64,000 bases of DNA from Eledone cirrhosa (GCA_964016885.1 OZ024741.1:11222001-11286000); one strand, 5' to 3'; shown: positions 1 to 14,622, numbered from the stretch's first letter. Made by a program: numbers and translations. The notes: generated by a model from the letters alone, not told the origin.

Positions 1-3000
1 GACAGAGATCTGTGTCTCACTTATCCACTGATCCCCCAGACAAGACAGAGATCTGTTTCTCACTTATCCACTGATCTCCCAGACAAGCCAGAGATCTGTG
101 TCTCACTTATCCACTGATCTCCCAGACAAGCCAGAGATCTGTGTCTCACTTATCCACTGATCTCCCAGACAAGCCAGAGATCTGTGTCTCACTTATCCAC
201 TGATCTCCCAGACATATCAGAGATCTGTGTCTCACTTATCCACTGATCTCCCAGACATATCAGAGATCTGTGTCTCACTTATCCACTGATCTCCCAGACA
301 AGCCAGAGATCTGTGTCTCACTCACTTATCCACTGATCTCCCAGACAAGCCAGAGATCTGTGTCTCACTTATCCACTGATCCCCCAGACAAGCCAGAGAT
401 CTGTGTCTCACTTATCCACTGATCTCTCAGACAAGCCAGAGATCTATGTCTCACTTATCCACTGATCTCCCAGACAAGCCAGCGATCTGTGTCTCACTTA
501 TCCACTGATCCCCCAGACAAGCCAGAGATCTATGTCTCACTTATCCACTGATCTCCCAGACAAGCCAGAGATCTGTGTCTCACTTATCCACTGATCCCCC
601 AGACAAGCCAGAGATCTATGTCTCACTTATCCACTGATCTCCCAGACAAGCCAGAGATCTATGTCTCACTTATCCACTGATCCCCCAGACAAGCCAGAGA
701 TCTGTGTCTCACTTATCCACTGATCTCCCAGACAAGCCAGAGATCTGTGTCTCACTTATCCACTGATCCTCCAGACAAGCCAGAGATCTGTGTCTCACTT
801 ATCCACTGATCTCCCAGATAAGCCAGAGATCTATGTCTCACTTATCCACTGATCTCCCAGACAAGCCAGAGATCTGAGTCTCACTTATCCACTGATCTCC
901 CAGATAAGCCAGAGATCTGTGTCTCACTTATCCACTGATCTCCCAGACAAGCCAGAGATCTGTGTCTCACTTATCCACTGATCTCCCAGATAAGCCAGAG
1001 ATCTGTGTCTCACTTATCCACTGATCTCCCAGACAAGCCAGAGATCTGTGTCTCACTTATCCACTGATCTGCCAGATAAGCCAGAGATTTATGTCTCACT
1101 TATCCACTGATCTCCCAGATAAACCAGAGATCTATGTCTCACTTATCCCCTGATCTCCCAGGCAAGCCAGAGATCTGTGTGTCAGTTATCCACTGATCTC
1201 CCAGATAAGCCAGAGATCTGTGTCTCACTTATCCACTGATCTCCCAGATAAGCCAGAGATCTGTGTCTCACTTATCCACTGATCTCCCAGATAAGCCAGA
1301 GATCTGTGTCTCACTTATCCACTGATCTCCCAGATAAGCCAGAGATCTATGTCTCACTTATCCACTGATCTCCCAGGCAAGCCAGAGATCTGTGTGTCAG
1401 TTATCCACTGATCTCCCAGACAAGCCAGAGATCTATGTCTCACTTATCCACTGATCTCCCAGGCAAGCCAGAGATCTATGTCTCACTTATCCACTGATCT
1501 CCCAGACAAGCCAGAGATCTGTGTCTCACTTATCCACTGATCTCCCAGATAAGCCAGAGATCTGTGTCTCACTTATCCACTGATCTCCCAGATAAGCCAG
1601 AGATCTATGTCTCACTTATCCACTAATCTCCCAGGCAAGCCAGAGATCTGTGTGTCACTTATCCACTGATCTCCCAGACAAGCCAGAGATCTATGTCTCA
1701 CTTATCCACTGATCTCCCAGGCAAGCCAGAGATCTATGTCTCACTTATCCACTGATCTCCCAGACAAGCCAGAGATCTGTGTCTCACTTATCCACTGATC
1801 TCCCAGATAAGCCAGAGATCTGTGTCTCACTTATCCACTGATCTCCCAGATAAGCCAGAGATCTATGTCTCACTTATCCACTGATCTCCCAGCCAAGCCA
1901 GAGATCTGTGTGTCAGTTATCCACTGATCTCCCAGACAAGCCAGAGATCTATGTCTCACTTATCCACTGATCTCCCAGGCAAGCCAGAGATCTATGTCTC
2001 ACTTATCCACTGATCTCCCAGACAAGCCAGAGATCTGTGTCTCACTTATCCACTGATCTCCCAGATAAGCCAGAGATCTGTGTCTCACTTATCCACTGAT
2101 CTCCCAGATAAGCCAGAGATCTATGTCTCACTTATCCACTGATCTCCCAGGCAAGCCAGAGATCTGTGTGTCACTTATCCACTGATCTCCCAGACAAGCC
2201 AGAGATCTATGTCTCACTTATCCACTGATCTCCCAGGCAAGCCAGAGATCTATGTCTCACTTATCCACTGATCTCCCAGACAAGCCAGAGATCTGTGTCT
2301 CACTTATCCACTGATCTCCCAGATAAGCCAGAGATCTGTGTCTCACTTATCCACTGATCTCCCAGACAAGCCAGAGATCTGTGTCTCACTTATCCACTGA
2401 TCCCCCAGACAAGCTAGAGATCTATGTCTCACTTATCCACTGATCTCCCAGACAGATCAGAGATCTTTGTCTCACTTATCCACTGATCTCCCAGACAAGC
2501 CAGAGATCTATGTCTCACTTATCCACTGATCTCCCAGACAAGCCAGAGATCTATGTCTCACTTATCCACTGATCTTCCAGACAAGCCAGAGATCTGTGTC
2601 TCACTTATCCACTGATCTCTCAGACAAGCCAGAGATCTGTGTCTCACTTATCCACTGATCTCCCAGACAAGCCAGAGATCTGTGTCTCACTTATCCACTG
2701 ATCCTCCAGACAAGCCAGAGATCTGTGTCTCACTTATCCACTGATCTCCCAGATAAGCCAGAGATCTGTGTCTCACTTATCCACTGATCTCCCAGACAAG
2801 CCAGAGATCTGTGTCTCACTTATCCACTGATCCCCCAGACAAGCCAGAGATCTGTGTCTCACTTATCCACTGATCCCCCAGACAAGCCAGAGATCTGTGT
2901 CTCACTTATCCACTGATCTGCCAAACATATCAGAGATCTATGTCTCACTTATCCACTGATCTCCCAGATAAGTCAGAGATCTGTGTCTCACTTATCCACT

Positions 3001-6000
3001 GATCTCCCAGACAAGCCAGAGATCTGTGTCTCACTTATCCACTGATCCCCCAGACAAGCCAGAGATCTGTGTCTCACTTATCCACTGATCTCCCAGACAA
3101 GCCAGAGATCTGTGTCTCACTCACTTATCCACTGATCTCCCAGACATATCAGAGATCTGTGTCTCACTTATCCACTGATCCTCCAGACAAGCCAGAGATC
3201 TGTGTCTCACTTATCCACTGATCCCCCAGACAAGCCAGAGATCTGTGTCTCACTTATCCACTGATCTCTCAGACAAGCCAGAGATCTATGTCTCACTTAT
3301 CCACTGATCTCCCAGACAAGCCAGAGATCTGTGTCTCACTTATCCACTGATCCCCCAGACAAGCCAGAGATCTATGTCTCACTTATCCACTGATCTCCCA
3401 GACAAGCCAGAGATCTATGTCTCACTTATCCACTGATCTCCCAGACAAGCCAGAGATCTATGTCTCACTTATCCACTGATCCCCCAGACAAGCCAGAGAT
3501 CTATGTCTCACTTATCCACTGATCCCCCAGACAAGACAGAGATCTGTGTCTCACTTATCCACTGATCACCCAGACAAGCCAGAGATCTGTGTCTCACTTA
3601 TCCACTGATCTCCCAGACATATCAGAGATCTGTGTCTCACTTATCCACTGATCCCCCAGACAAGCCAGAGATCTGTGTCTCACTTATCCACTGATCTCTC
3701 AGACAAGCCAGAGATCTATGTCTCACTTATCCACTGATCTCCCAGACAAGCCAGAGATCTGTGTCTCACTTATCCACTGATCTCCCAGACAAGCCAGAGA
3801 TCTGTGTCTCACTTATCCACTGATCTCCCAGATAAGCCAGAGATCTGTGTCTCACTTATCCACTGATCTCCCAGACAAGCCAGAGATCTGTGTCTCACTC
3901 ACTTATCCACTGATCTCCCAGACATATCAGAGATCTGTGTCTCACTTATCCACTGATCCTCCAGAGAAGCCAGAGATCTGTGTCTCACTTATCCACTGAT
4001 CCCCCAGACAAGCCAGAGATCTGTGTCTCACTTATCCACTGATCTCTCAGACAAGCCAGAGATCTATGTCTCACTTATCCACTGATCTCCCAGACAAGCC
4101 AGAGATCTGTGTCTCACTTATCCACTGATCCCCCAGACAAGCCAGAGATCTATGTCTCACTTATCCACTGATCTCCCAGACAAGCCAGAGATCTGTGTCT
4201 CACTTATCCACTGATCCCCCAGACAAGCCAGAGATCTATGTCTCACTTATCCACTGATCTCCCAGACAAGCCAGAGATCTATGTCTCACTTATCCACTGA
4301 TCCCCCAGACAAGCCAGAGATCTGTGTCTCACTTATCCACTGATCTCCCAGACAAGCCAGAGATCTGTGTCTCACTTATCCACTGATCCTCCAGACAAGC
4401 CAGAGATCTGTGTCTCACTTATCCACTGATCTCCCAGATAAGCCAGAGATCTATGTCTCACTTATCCACTGATCTCCCAGACAAGCCAGAGATCTGAGTC
4501 TCACTTATCCACTGATCTCCCAGATAAGCCAGAGATCTGTGTCTCACTTATCCACTGATCTCCCAGACAAGCCAGAGATCTGTGTCTCACTTATCCACTG
4601 ATCTCCCAGATAAGCCAGAGATCTGTGTCTCACTTATCCACTGATCTCCCAGACAAGCCAGAGATCTGTGTCTCACTTATCCACTGATCTGCCAGATAAG
4701 CCAGAGATTTATGTCTCACTTATCCATTGATCTCCCAGGCAAGCCAGAGATCTGTGTCTCACTCATCCACTGATCCTCCAGACAAGCCAGAGATCTGTGT
4801 CTCACTTATCCACTGATCTCCCAGATAAGCCAGAGATCTGTGTCTCACTTATCCACTGATCCCCCAGACAAGCCAGAGATCTGTGTCTCACTTATCCACT
4901 GATCTGCCAAACATATCAGAGATCTATGTCTCACTTATCCACTGATCTCCCAGATAAGTCAGAGATCTGTGTCTCACTTATCCACTGATCTCCCAGACAA
5001 GCCAGAGATCTGTGTCTCACTTATCCACTGATCCCCCAGACAAGCCAGAGATCTGTGTCTCACTTATCCACTGATCTCCCAGACAAGCCAGAGATCTGTG
5101 TCTCACTCACTTATCCACTGATCTCCCAGACATATCAGAGATCTGTGTCTCACTTATCCACTGATCCTCCAGACAAGCCAGAGATCTGTGTCTCACTTAT
5201 CCACTGATCCCCCAGACAAGCCAGAGATCTGTGTCTCACTTATCCACTGATCTCTCAGACAAGCCAGAGATCTATGTCTCACTTATCCACTGATCTCCCA
5301 GACAAGCCAGAGATCTGTGTCTCACTTATCCACTGATCCCACAGACAAGCCAGAGATCTATGTCTCACTTATCCACTGATCTCCCAGACAAGCCAGAGAT
5401 CTATGTCTCACTTATCCACTGATCTCCCAGACAAGCCAGAGATCTATGTCTCACTTATCCACTGATCCCCCAGACAAGCCAGAGATCTATGTCTCACTTA
5501 TCCACTGATCCCCCAGACAAGACAGAGATCTGTGTCTCACTTATCCACTGATCACCCAGACAAGCCAGAGATCTGTGTCTCACTTATCCACTGATCTCCC
5601 AGACATATCAGAGATCTGTGTCTCACTTATCCACTGATCCCCCAGACAAGCCAGAGATCTGTGTCTCACTTATCCACTGATCTCTCAGACAAGCCAGAGA
5701 TCTATGTCTCACTTATCCACTGATCTCCCAGACAAGCCAGAGATCTGTGTCTCACTTATCCACTGATCTCCCAGACAAGCCAGAGATCTGTGTCTCACTT
5801 ATCCACTGATCTCCCAGATAAGCCAGAGATCTGTGTCTCACTTATCCACTGATCTCCCAGACAAGCCAGAGATCTGTGTCTCACTCACTTATCCACTGAT
5901 CTCCCAGACATATCAGAGATCTGTGTCTCACTTATCCACTGATCCTCCAGAGAAGCCAGAGATCTGTGTCTCACTTATCCACTGATCCCCCAGACAAGCC

Positions 6001-9000
6001 AGAGATCTGTGTCTCACTTATCCACTGATCTCTCAGACAAGCCAGAGATCTATGTCTCACTTATCCACTGATCTCCCAGACAAGCCAGAGATCTGTGTCT
6101 CACTTATCCACTGATCCCCCAGACAAGCCAGAGATCTATGTCTCACTTATCCACTGATCTCCCAGACAAGCCAGAGATCTGTGTCTCACTTATCCACTGA
6201 TCCCCCAGACAAGCCAGAGATCTATGTCTCACTTATCCACTGATCTCCCAGACAAGCCAGAGATCTATGTCTCACTTATCCACTGATCCCCCAGACAAGC
6301 CAGAGATCTGTGTCTCACTTATCCACTGATCTCCCAGACAAGCCAGAGATCTGTGTCTCACTTATCCACTGATCCTCCAGACAAGCCAGAGATCTGTGTC
6401 TCACTTATCCACTGATCTCCCAGATAAGCCAGAGATCTATGTCTCACTTATCCACTGATCTCCCAGACAAGCCAGAGATCTGAGTCTCACTTATCCACTG
6501 ATCTCCCAGATAAGCCAGAGATCTGTGTCTCACTTATCCACTGATCTCCCAGACAAGCCAGAGATCTGTGTCTCACTTATCCACTGATCTCCCAGATAAG
6601 CCAGAGATCTGTGTCTCACTTATCCACTGATCTCCCAGACAAGCCAGAGATCTGTGTCTCACTTATCCACTGATCTGCCAGATAAGCCAGAGATTTATGT
6701 CTCACTTATCCATTGATCTCCCAGGCAAGCCAGAGATCTGTGTCTCACTCATCCACTGATCCTCCAGACAAGCCAGAGATCTGTGTCTCACTTATCCACT
6801 GATCTCCCAGATAAGCCAGAGATCTGTGTCTCACTTATCCACTGATCTCCCAGATAAGCCAGAGATATGTGTCTCACTTATCCACTGATCTCCCAGATAA
6901 GCCAGAGATCTGTGTCTCACTTATCCACTGATATCCCAGATAAGCCAGAGATCTATGTCTCACTTATCCACTGATCTCCCAGGCAAGCCAGAGATCTGTG
7001 TGTCAGTTATCCACTGATCTCCCAGACAAGCCAGAGATCTATGTCTCACTTATCCACTGATCTCCCAGGCAAGCCAGAGATCTATGTCTCACTTATCCAC
7101 TGATCTCCCAGACAAGCCAGAGATCTGTGTCTCACTTATCCACTGATCTCCCAGATAAGCCAGAGATCTGTGTCTCACTTATCCACTGATCTCCCAGATA
7201 AGCCAGAGATCTATGTCTCACTTATCCACTGATCTCCCAGGCAAGCCAGAGATCTGTGTGTCACTTATCCACTGATCTCCCAGACAAGCCAGAGATCTAT
7301 GTCTCACTTATCCACTGATCTCCCAGGCAAGCCAGAGATCTATGTCTCACTTATCCACTGATCTCCCAGACAAGCCAGAGATCTGTGTCTCACTTATCCA
7401 CTGATCTCCCAGATAAGCCAGAGATCTGTGTCTCACTTATCCACTGATCTCCCAGACAAGCCAGAGATCTATGTCTCACTTATCCACTGATCTCCCAGAC
7501 AGATCAGAGATCTGTGTCTCACTTATCCACTGATCCCCCAGACAAGCCAGAGATCTATGTCTCACTTATCCACTGATCTCCCAGACAGATCAGAGATCTG
7601 TGTCTCACTTATCCACTGATCTCCCAGACAAGCCAGAGATCTATGTCTCACTTATCCACTGATCTCCCAGACAAGCCAGAGATCTATGTCTCACTTATCC
7701 ACTGATCTCCCAGACAAGCCAGAGATCTGTGTCTCACTTATCCACTGATCTCTCAGACAAGCCAGAGATCTGTGTCTCACTTATCCACTGATCTCCCAGA
7801 CAAGCCAGAGATCTGTGTCTCACTTATCCACTGATCCTCCAGACAAGCCAGAGATCTGTGTCTCACTTATCCACTGATCTCCCAGATAAGCCAGAGATCT
7901 GTGTCTCACTTATCCACTGATCTCCCAGACAAGCCAGAGATCTGTGTCTCACTTATCCACTGATCCCCCAGACAAGCCAGAGATCTGTGTCTCACTTATC
8001 CACTGATCCCCCAGACAAGCCAGAGATCTGTGTCTCACTTATCCACTGATCTGCCAAACATATCAGAGATCTATGTCTCACTTATCCACTGATCTCCCAG
8101 ATAAGTCAGCGATCTGTGTCTCACTTATCCACTGATCTCCCAGACAAGCCAGAGATCTGTGTCTCACTTATCCACTGATCCCCCAGACAAGCCAGAGATC
8201 TGTGTCTCACTTATCCACTGATCTCCCAGACAAGCCAGAGATCTGTGTCTCACTCACTTATCCACTGATCTCCCAGACATATCAGAGATCTGTGTCTCAT
8301 TTATCCACTGATCCTCCAGACAAGCCAGAGATCTGTGTCTCACTTATCCACTGATCCCCCAGACAAGCCAGAGATCTGTGTCTCACTTATCCACTGATCT
8401 CTCAGACAAGCCAGAGATCTATGTCTCACTTATCCACTGATCTCCCAGACAAGCCAGAGATCTGTGTCTCACTTATCCACTGATCCCCCAGACAAGCCAG
8501 AGATCTATGTCTCACTTATCCACTGATCTCCCAGACAAGCCAGAGATCTGTGTCTCACTTATCCACTGATCCCCCAGACAAGCCAGAGATCTATGTCTCA
8601 CTTATCCACTGATCTCCCAGACAAGCCAGAGATCTATGTCTCACTTATCCACTGATCCCCCAGACAAGCCAGAGATCTGTGTCTCACTTATCCACTGATC
8701 TCCCAGACAAGCCAGAGATCTGTGTCTCACTTATCCACTGATCCTCCAGACAAGCCAGAGATCTGTGTCTCACTTATCCACTGATCTCCCAGATAAGCCA
8801 GAGATCTATGTCTCACTTATCCACTGATCTCCCAGACAAGCCAGAGATCTGAGTCTCACTTATCCACTGATCTCCCAGATAAGCCAGAGATCTGTGTCTC
8901 ACTTATCCACTGATCTCCCAGACAAGCCAGAGATCTGTGTCTCACTTATCCACTGATCTCCCAGATAAGCCAGAGATCTATGTCTCACTTATCCACTGAT

Positions 9001-12000
9001 CTCCCAGACAAGCCAGAGATCTATGTCTCACTTATCCACTGATCTCCCAGACATATCAGAGATCTTTGTCACACTTATCCACTGATCTCCCAGACAAGCC
9101 AGAGATCTGTGTCGCACTTATCCACTGATCTCCCAGACAAGCCAGAGATCTGTGTCTCACTTATCCACTTTTTTCTCCCAGATAAGCCAGAGATCTATGT
9201 CTCACTTATCCACTGATCTCCCAGATAAGCGAGAGATCTGTGTCTCACTTATCCACTGATCTCCCAGACATATCAGAGATCTGTGTCTCACTTATCCACT
9301 GATCTCCCAGACAAGCCAGAGATCTATGTCTCACTTATCCACTGATCTCCCAGACAAGCCAGAGATCTGTGTCTCACTTATCCACTGATCTCCCAGACAA
9401 GCCAGAGATCTATGTCTCACTTATCCACTGATCTCCCAGATAAGCCAGAGATCTGTGTCTCACTTATCCACTGATCTCCCAGACATATCAGAGATCTGTG
9501 TCTCACTTATCCACTACTCCCCCAGACAAGCCAGAGATCTGTGTCTCACTTATCCACTGATCTCCCAGACATATCAGAGATCTGTGTCTCACTTATCTAC
9601 TGATGCCCCAGACAAGCCAGAGATCTATGTCTCACTTATCCACTGATCCCCCAGATAAGCCAGAGATCTGTGTCTCACTTATCCACTGATCTCCCAGATA
9701 AGCCAGAGATCTATGTCTCACTTATCCACTGATCTCCCAGACAAACCAGAGAGCTATGTCTCACTTATCCACTGATCTCCCAGACAAGCCAGAGATCTGT
9801 GTCTCACTTATCCACTGATCTCCCAGACAAGCCAGAGATCTGTGTCTCACTTATCCACTGATCTCCCAGACAAGCCAGAGATCTGTGTCTCACTTATCCA
9901 CTGATCTCCCAGACAAGCCAGAGATCTGTGTCTCAGTCACTTATCCACTGATCTCCCAGACATATCAGAGATCTGTCTCTCACTTATCCACTGATCCTCC
10001 AGACAAGCCAGAGATCTGTGTCTCACTTATCCACTGATCCCCCAGACAAGCCAGAGATCTGTGTCTCAGTTATCCACTGATCTCCCAGACAAGCCAGAGA
10101 TCTGTGTCTCACTCACTTATCCACTGATCTCCCAGACATATCAGATATCTGTGTCTCACTTATCCACTGATCCTCCAGACAAGCAAGAGATCTGTGTCTC
10201 ACTTATCCACTGATCCCCCAGACAAGCCCGAGATCTGTGTCTCACTTATCCACTGATCTCTCAGACAAGCCAGAGATCTATGTCTCACTTATCCACTGAT
10301 CTCCCAGACAAGCCAGAGATCTGTGTCTCACTTATCCACTGATCCCCCAGACAAGCCAGAGATCTATGTCTCACTTATCCACTGATCTCCCAGACAAGCC
10401 AGAGATCTGTGTCTCACTTATCCACTGATCCCCCAGACAAGCCAGAGATCTATGTCTCACTTATCCACTGATCTCCCAGACAAGCCAGAGATCTATGTCT
10501 CACTTATCCACTGATCTCCCAGACAAGCCAGAGATCTGAGTCTCACTTATCCACTGATCTCCCAGATAAGCCAGAGATCTGTGTCTCACTTATCCACTGA
10601 TCTCCCAGACAAGCCAGAGATCTGTGTCTCACTTATCCACTGATCTCCCAGATAAGCCAGAGATCTGTGTCTCACTTATCCACTGATCTCCCAGACAAGC
10701 CAGAGATCTGTGTCTCACTTATCCACTGATCTGCCAGATAAGCCAGAGATCTATGTCTCACTTATCCATTGATCTCCCAGGCAAGCCAGAGATCTGTGTC
10801 TCACTCATCCACTGATCCTCCAGACAAGCCAGAGATCTGTGTCTCACTTATCCACTGATCTCCCAGATAAGCCAGAGATCTGTGTCTCACTTATCCACTG
10901 ATCTCCCAGATAAGCCAGAGATCTGTGTCTCACTTATCCACTGATCTCCCAGACAAGCCAGAGATCTGTGTGTCACTTATCCACTGATCTCCCAGACAAG
11001 CCAGAGATCTGTGTCTCACTTATCCACTGATCTCCCAGATAAGCCAGAGATCTGTGTCTCACTTATCCACTGATCTCCCAGACAAGCCAGAGATCTGTGT
11101 GTCACTTATCCACTGATCCTCCAGATAAGCCAGAGATCTGTGTGTCACTTATCCACTGATCTCCCAGATAAGCCAGAGATCTGTGTCTCACTTATCCACT
11201 GATCTCCCAGATAAGCCAGAGATCTATGTCTCACTTATCCACTGATCTCCCAGGCAAGCCAGAGATCTGTGTGTCACTTATCCACTGATCTCCCAGACAA
11301 GCCAGAGATCTATGTCTCACTTATCCACTGATCTCCCAGGCAAGCCAGAGATCTATGTCTCACTTATCCACTGATCTCCCAGACAAGCCAGAGATCTGTG
11401 TCTCACTTATCCACTGATCTCCCAGATAAGCCAGAGATCTGTGTCTCACTTATCCACTGATCTCCCAGATAAGCCAGAGATCTATGTCTCACTTATCCAC
11501 TGATCTCCCAGGCAAGCCAGAGATCTGTGTGTCACTTATCCACTGATCTCCCAGACAAGCCAGAGATCTATGTCTCACTTATCCACTGATCTCCCAGGCA
11601 AGCCAGAGATCTATGTCTCACTTATCCACTGATCTCCCAGACAAGCCAGAGATCTGTGTCTCACTTATCCACTGATCTCCCAGATAAGCCAGAGATCTGT
11701 GTCTCACTTATCCACTGATCTCCCAGACAAGCCAGAGATCTATGTCTCACTTATCCACTGATCTCCCAGACAGATCAGAGATCTGTGTCTCACTTATCCA
11801 CTGATCCCCCAGACAAGCCAGAGATCTATGTCTCACTTATCCACTGATCTCCCAGACAGATCAGAGATCTGTGTCTCACTTATCCACTGATCTCCCAGAC
11901 AAGCCAGAGATCTATGTCTCACTTATCCACTGATCTCCCAGACAAGCCAGAGATCTATGTCTCACTTATCCACTGATCTCCCAGACAAGCCAGAGATCTG

Positions 12001-13230
12001 TGTCTCACTTATCCACTGATCTCTCAGACAAGCCAGAGATCTGTGTCTCACTTATCCACTGATCTCCCAGACAAGCCAGAGATCTGTGTCTCACTTATAC
12101 ACTGATCCTCCAGACAAGCCAGAGATCTGTGTCTCACTTATCCACTGATCTCCCAGATAAGCCAGAGATCTGTGTCTCACTTATCCACTGATCTCCCAGA
12201 CAAGCCAGAGATCTGTGTCTCACTTATCCACTGATCCCCCAGACAAGCCAGAGATCTGTGTCTCACTTATCCACTGATTCCCCAGACAAGCCAGAGATCT
12301 GTGTCTCACTTATCCACTGATCTCCCAGATAAGCCAGAGATCTGTGTCTCACTTATCCACTGATCTCTCAGACAAGCCAGAGATCTGTGTCTCACTTATC
12401 CACTGATCCCCCAGACAAGCCAGTGATCTGTGTCTCACTTATCCACTGATCTCCCAGATAAGCCAGAGATCTGTGTCTCACTTATCCACTGATCTCCCAG
12501 ATAAGCCAGAGATCTGTGTCTCACTTATCCACTGATCTCCCAGACAATCCAGAGATCTGTGTCTCACTTATCCACTGATCTCCCAGATAAGCCAGAGATC
12601 TGTGTCTCACTTATCCACTGATCTCCCAGATAAGCCAGAGATCTGTGTCTCACTTATCCACTGATCTCCCAGACAATCCAGAGATCTGTGTCTCACTTAT
12701 CCACTGATCTCTCAGATAAGCCAGAGATCTGTGTCTCACTTATCCACTGATCTCCCAGACATATCAGAGATCTGTGTCTCACTTATCCACTGATCTCCCA
12801 GACAAGCCAGAGATCTGTGTCTCACTTATCCACTGATCTCCCAGATAAGCCAGAGATCTGTGTCTCACTTATCCACTGATCTCCCAGATAAGCCAGAGAT
12901 CTGTGTCTCACTTATCCACTGATCTCCCAGATAAGCCAGAGATCTGTGTCTCACTTATCCACTGATCTCCCAGATAAGCCAGAGATCTGTGTCTCACTTA
13001 TCCACTGATCTCCCAGATAAGCCAGAGATCTATGTCTCACTTATCCACTGATCTCCCAGACAAGCCAGAGATCTGTGTCTCACTTATCCACTGATCTCCC
13101 AGACAGATCAGAGATCTGTGTCTCACTTATCCACTGATCTCTGTCTCACTTATCCAATGATCTCCCAGACAGATCAAATCTGTGTCCCACATATCCAATG
13201 ATCTCCCTGACAGATCAGATATCTGTGTCT
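1..13230. repeat. 43-bp tandem satellite (consensus GAGATCTGTGTCTCACTTATCCACTGATCTCCCAGACAAGCCA), ~305 copies, runs off the left edge
   Basis: GAGATC recurs at 5, 48, 91 and onward (period 43). Copies are highly homogeneous and degenerate only at ~13140-13230. Confidence 0.98.
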
Positions 13231-13399
13231 TCTTTATGTAAGGTCTCAAGTTGTCTAAAACTATGAACTATTTCAACTGAGCTGACCAGGATTTATATAA
13301 TGTTTGTGATGGTCAATGTTCGCCAGCAAAGTTTAACTAAACCTCATAACTCTATGTATTTGTCACTACATATCCTCTGCTACATGACAAACTTCCATT

Positions 13400-13500
13400 A
13401 TTGTTGACTTTGCCTTTCAACCTTACGGGGTCAATAAAATAAAGTACCAGTAATGCACTGGGTAATTGCTGGCCTTGTGCCTAAAGTAGAAACAATTATT
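13400..13500 (+). mobile_element. Internally deleted SINE 3' fragment
   Basis: GACTTTGCCTTTCA..GGGGTCAATAAAATAAAGTACCAG...GCTGGCCTTGTGCCTAAA resembles a common octopod SINE body/tail as I recall it; not verified by search. Confidence 0.5.
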
Positions 13501-13954
13501 GTAATAATGTAAAGACCACCTTTACAATGTCACTTCCAACCACCCTTATACATGGAGCAAACTATCTTACACACACACACTTCATTCACCCTTACACATA
13601 CATGCAGCACAATAACTTTCACACACACACACCCTCCAACCACCCTCCAACCACCCCTACAACCACTCCTCCACTACCAACAGTCCATGTTGACATCAAT
13701 GTTAGGGTTCAATCATGTAACTGTTGTTGTGTAACTGATGTAGGAAAGATGTGATTGGACATAAATATAGAGAGGGAGGTATGGGGGTGGGGAAGGTGAG
13801 ATATAGAGGGAGGAGGAGGTGGGATGTGGAGGGAGAGAGGGGAGGGGCAGATATATAGATAGATGGATAGATGGATATATAGAGAGAAAGATTATAATAT
13901 ATATATATATATATATGTGTGTTTGAATCAGGGGTTCAAATAGGAGTAACCACA

Positions 13955-14085
13955 GTAAGTAAGGTACTCAATACATTAGTAGAGTGTAAACATCATGTTT
14001 AATAGAGAAATGGTTTCTACAGGACTAGAACTGTTTCATTTGACTGAAACAGTTCTAGTCCTGTATAAACCATTTCTATATTAAA
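13955..14085. repeat. Fold-back (hairpin) element, 41-bp arms, probably PLE-derived
   Basis: 13998-14038 and 14045-14085 are reverse complements with 2 mismatches and a 6-nt loop; GTTTCA..TGAAAC at the centre. Confidence 0.8.
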
Positions 14086-14253
14086 TGTGATATATAAGCA
14101 AAGGGATATTTAATTTGTTGGTAATTCAACAAATATATTAAAGAATTGGAAACTATATTTATAAAACCCGTCGCACACCTTAGCTCAGGTCTATATTATC
14201 CTTTCCGTCGAAACGGCTTGAGCTCTGCTATTGGGGTCCTATATTTTCCTATT

Positions 14254-14304
14254 ATCATCATCATCATCATTTTACGTCCGCTCTTCCCTGCTTGCAAGGG
14301 TGGG

Positions 14305-14308
<4 letters not shown>
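14254..14308 (-). mobile_element. 3' tail stub of the RTE-dependent SINE
   Basis: (ATC)n-TTTTACGTCCGCTCTTCCCTGCTTGCAAGGGTGGGAC matches the SINE end at 42701-42748. Confidence 0.85.
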
Positions 14309-14334
<26 letters not shown>

Positions 14335-14335
<1 letters not shown>

Positions 14336-14530
14336 CGGAACAAATGTGGTAAGGAACCAGGTGGACCATAACGCACCAAGGTACTCAATACTTAGGGTAG
14401 TAGAGTGGGTAATAGGAACAAGTAGGACCCCGACGGCTGAGCTCTCGCCGTTTCGACGGCTAATTCTGGACTCTAGAATTAGCCGTCGAAACGGCTTGAG
14501 CTCAGCCGTTGGGGTCCTACTCGTTCCTAT
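14335..14530. repeat. Fold-back element, ~57-bp arms (14412-14530), copy 1, probably PLE-derived
   Basis: ATAGGAAC..GTTTCGACGGCTAATTCT / AGAATTAGCCGTCGAAAC..GTTCCTAT. A second copy lies at 43125-43320 and a partial arm at ~14205-14250. Confidence 0.85.
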
Positions 14531-14556
14531 ATATATATATATATAATATATATATA

Positions 14557-14622
<66 letters not shown>

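Noticed and set aside
9455-9646. 63-aa ORF in the satellite
   Set aside because: Chance loss of stops within the tandem repeat.
1-13230. CRISPR-like array or DnaA-box array (TTATCCACT is 8/9 of TTATCCACA)
   Set aside because: There are no unique spacers or cas genes and the context is eukaryotic; this is a plain satellite and the DnaA similarity is coincidental.
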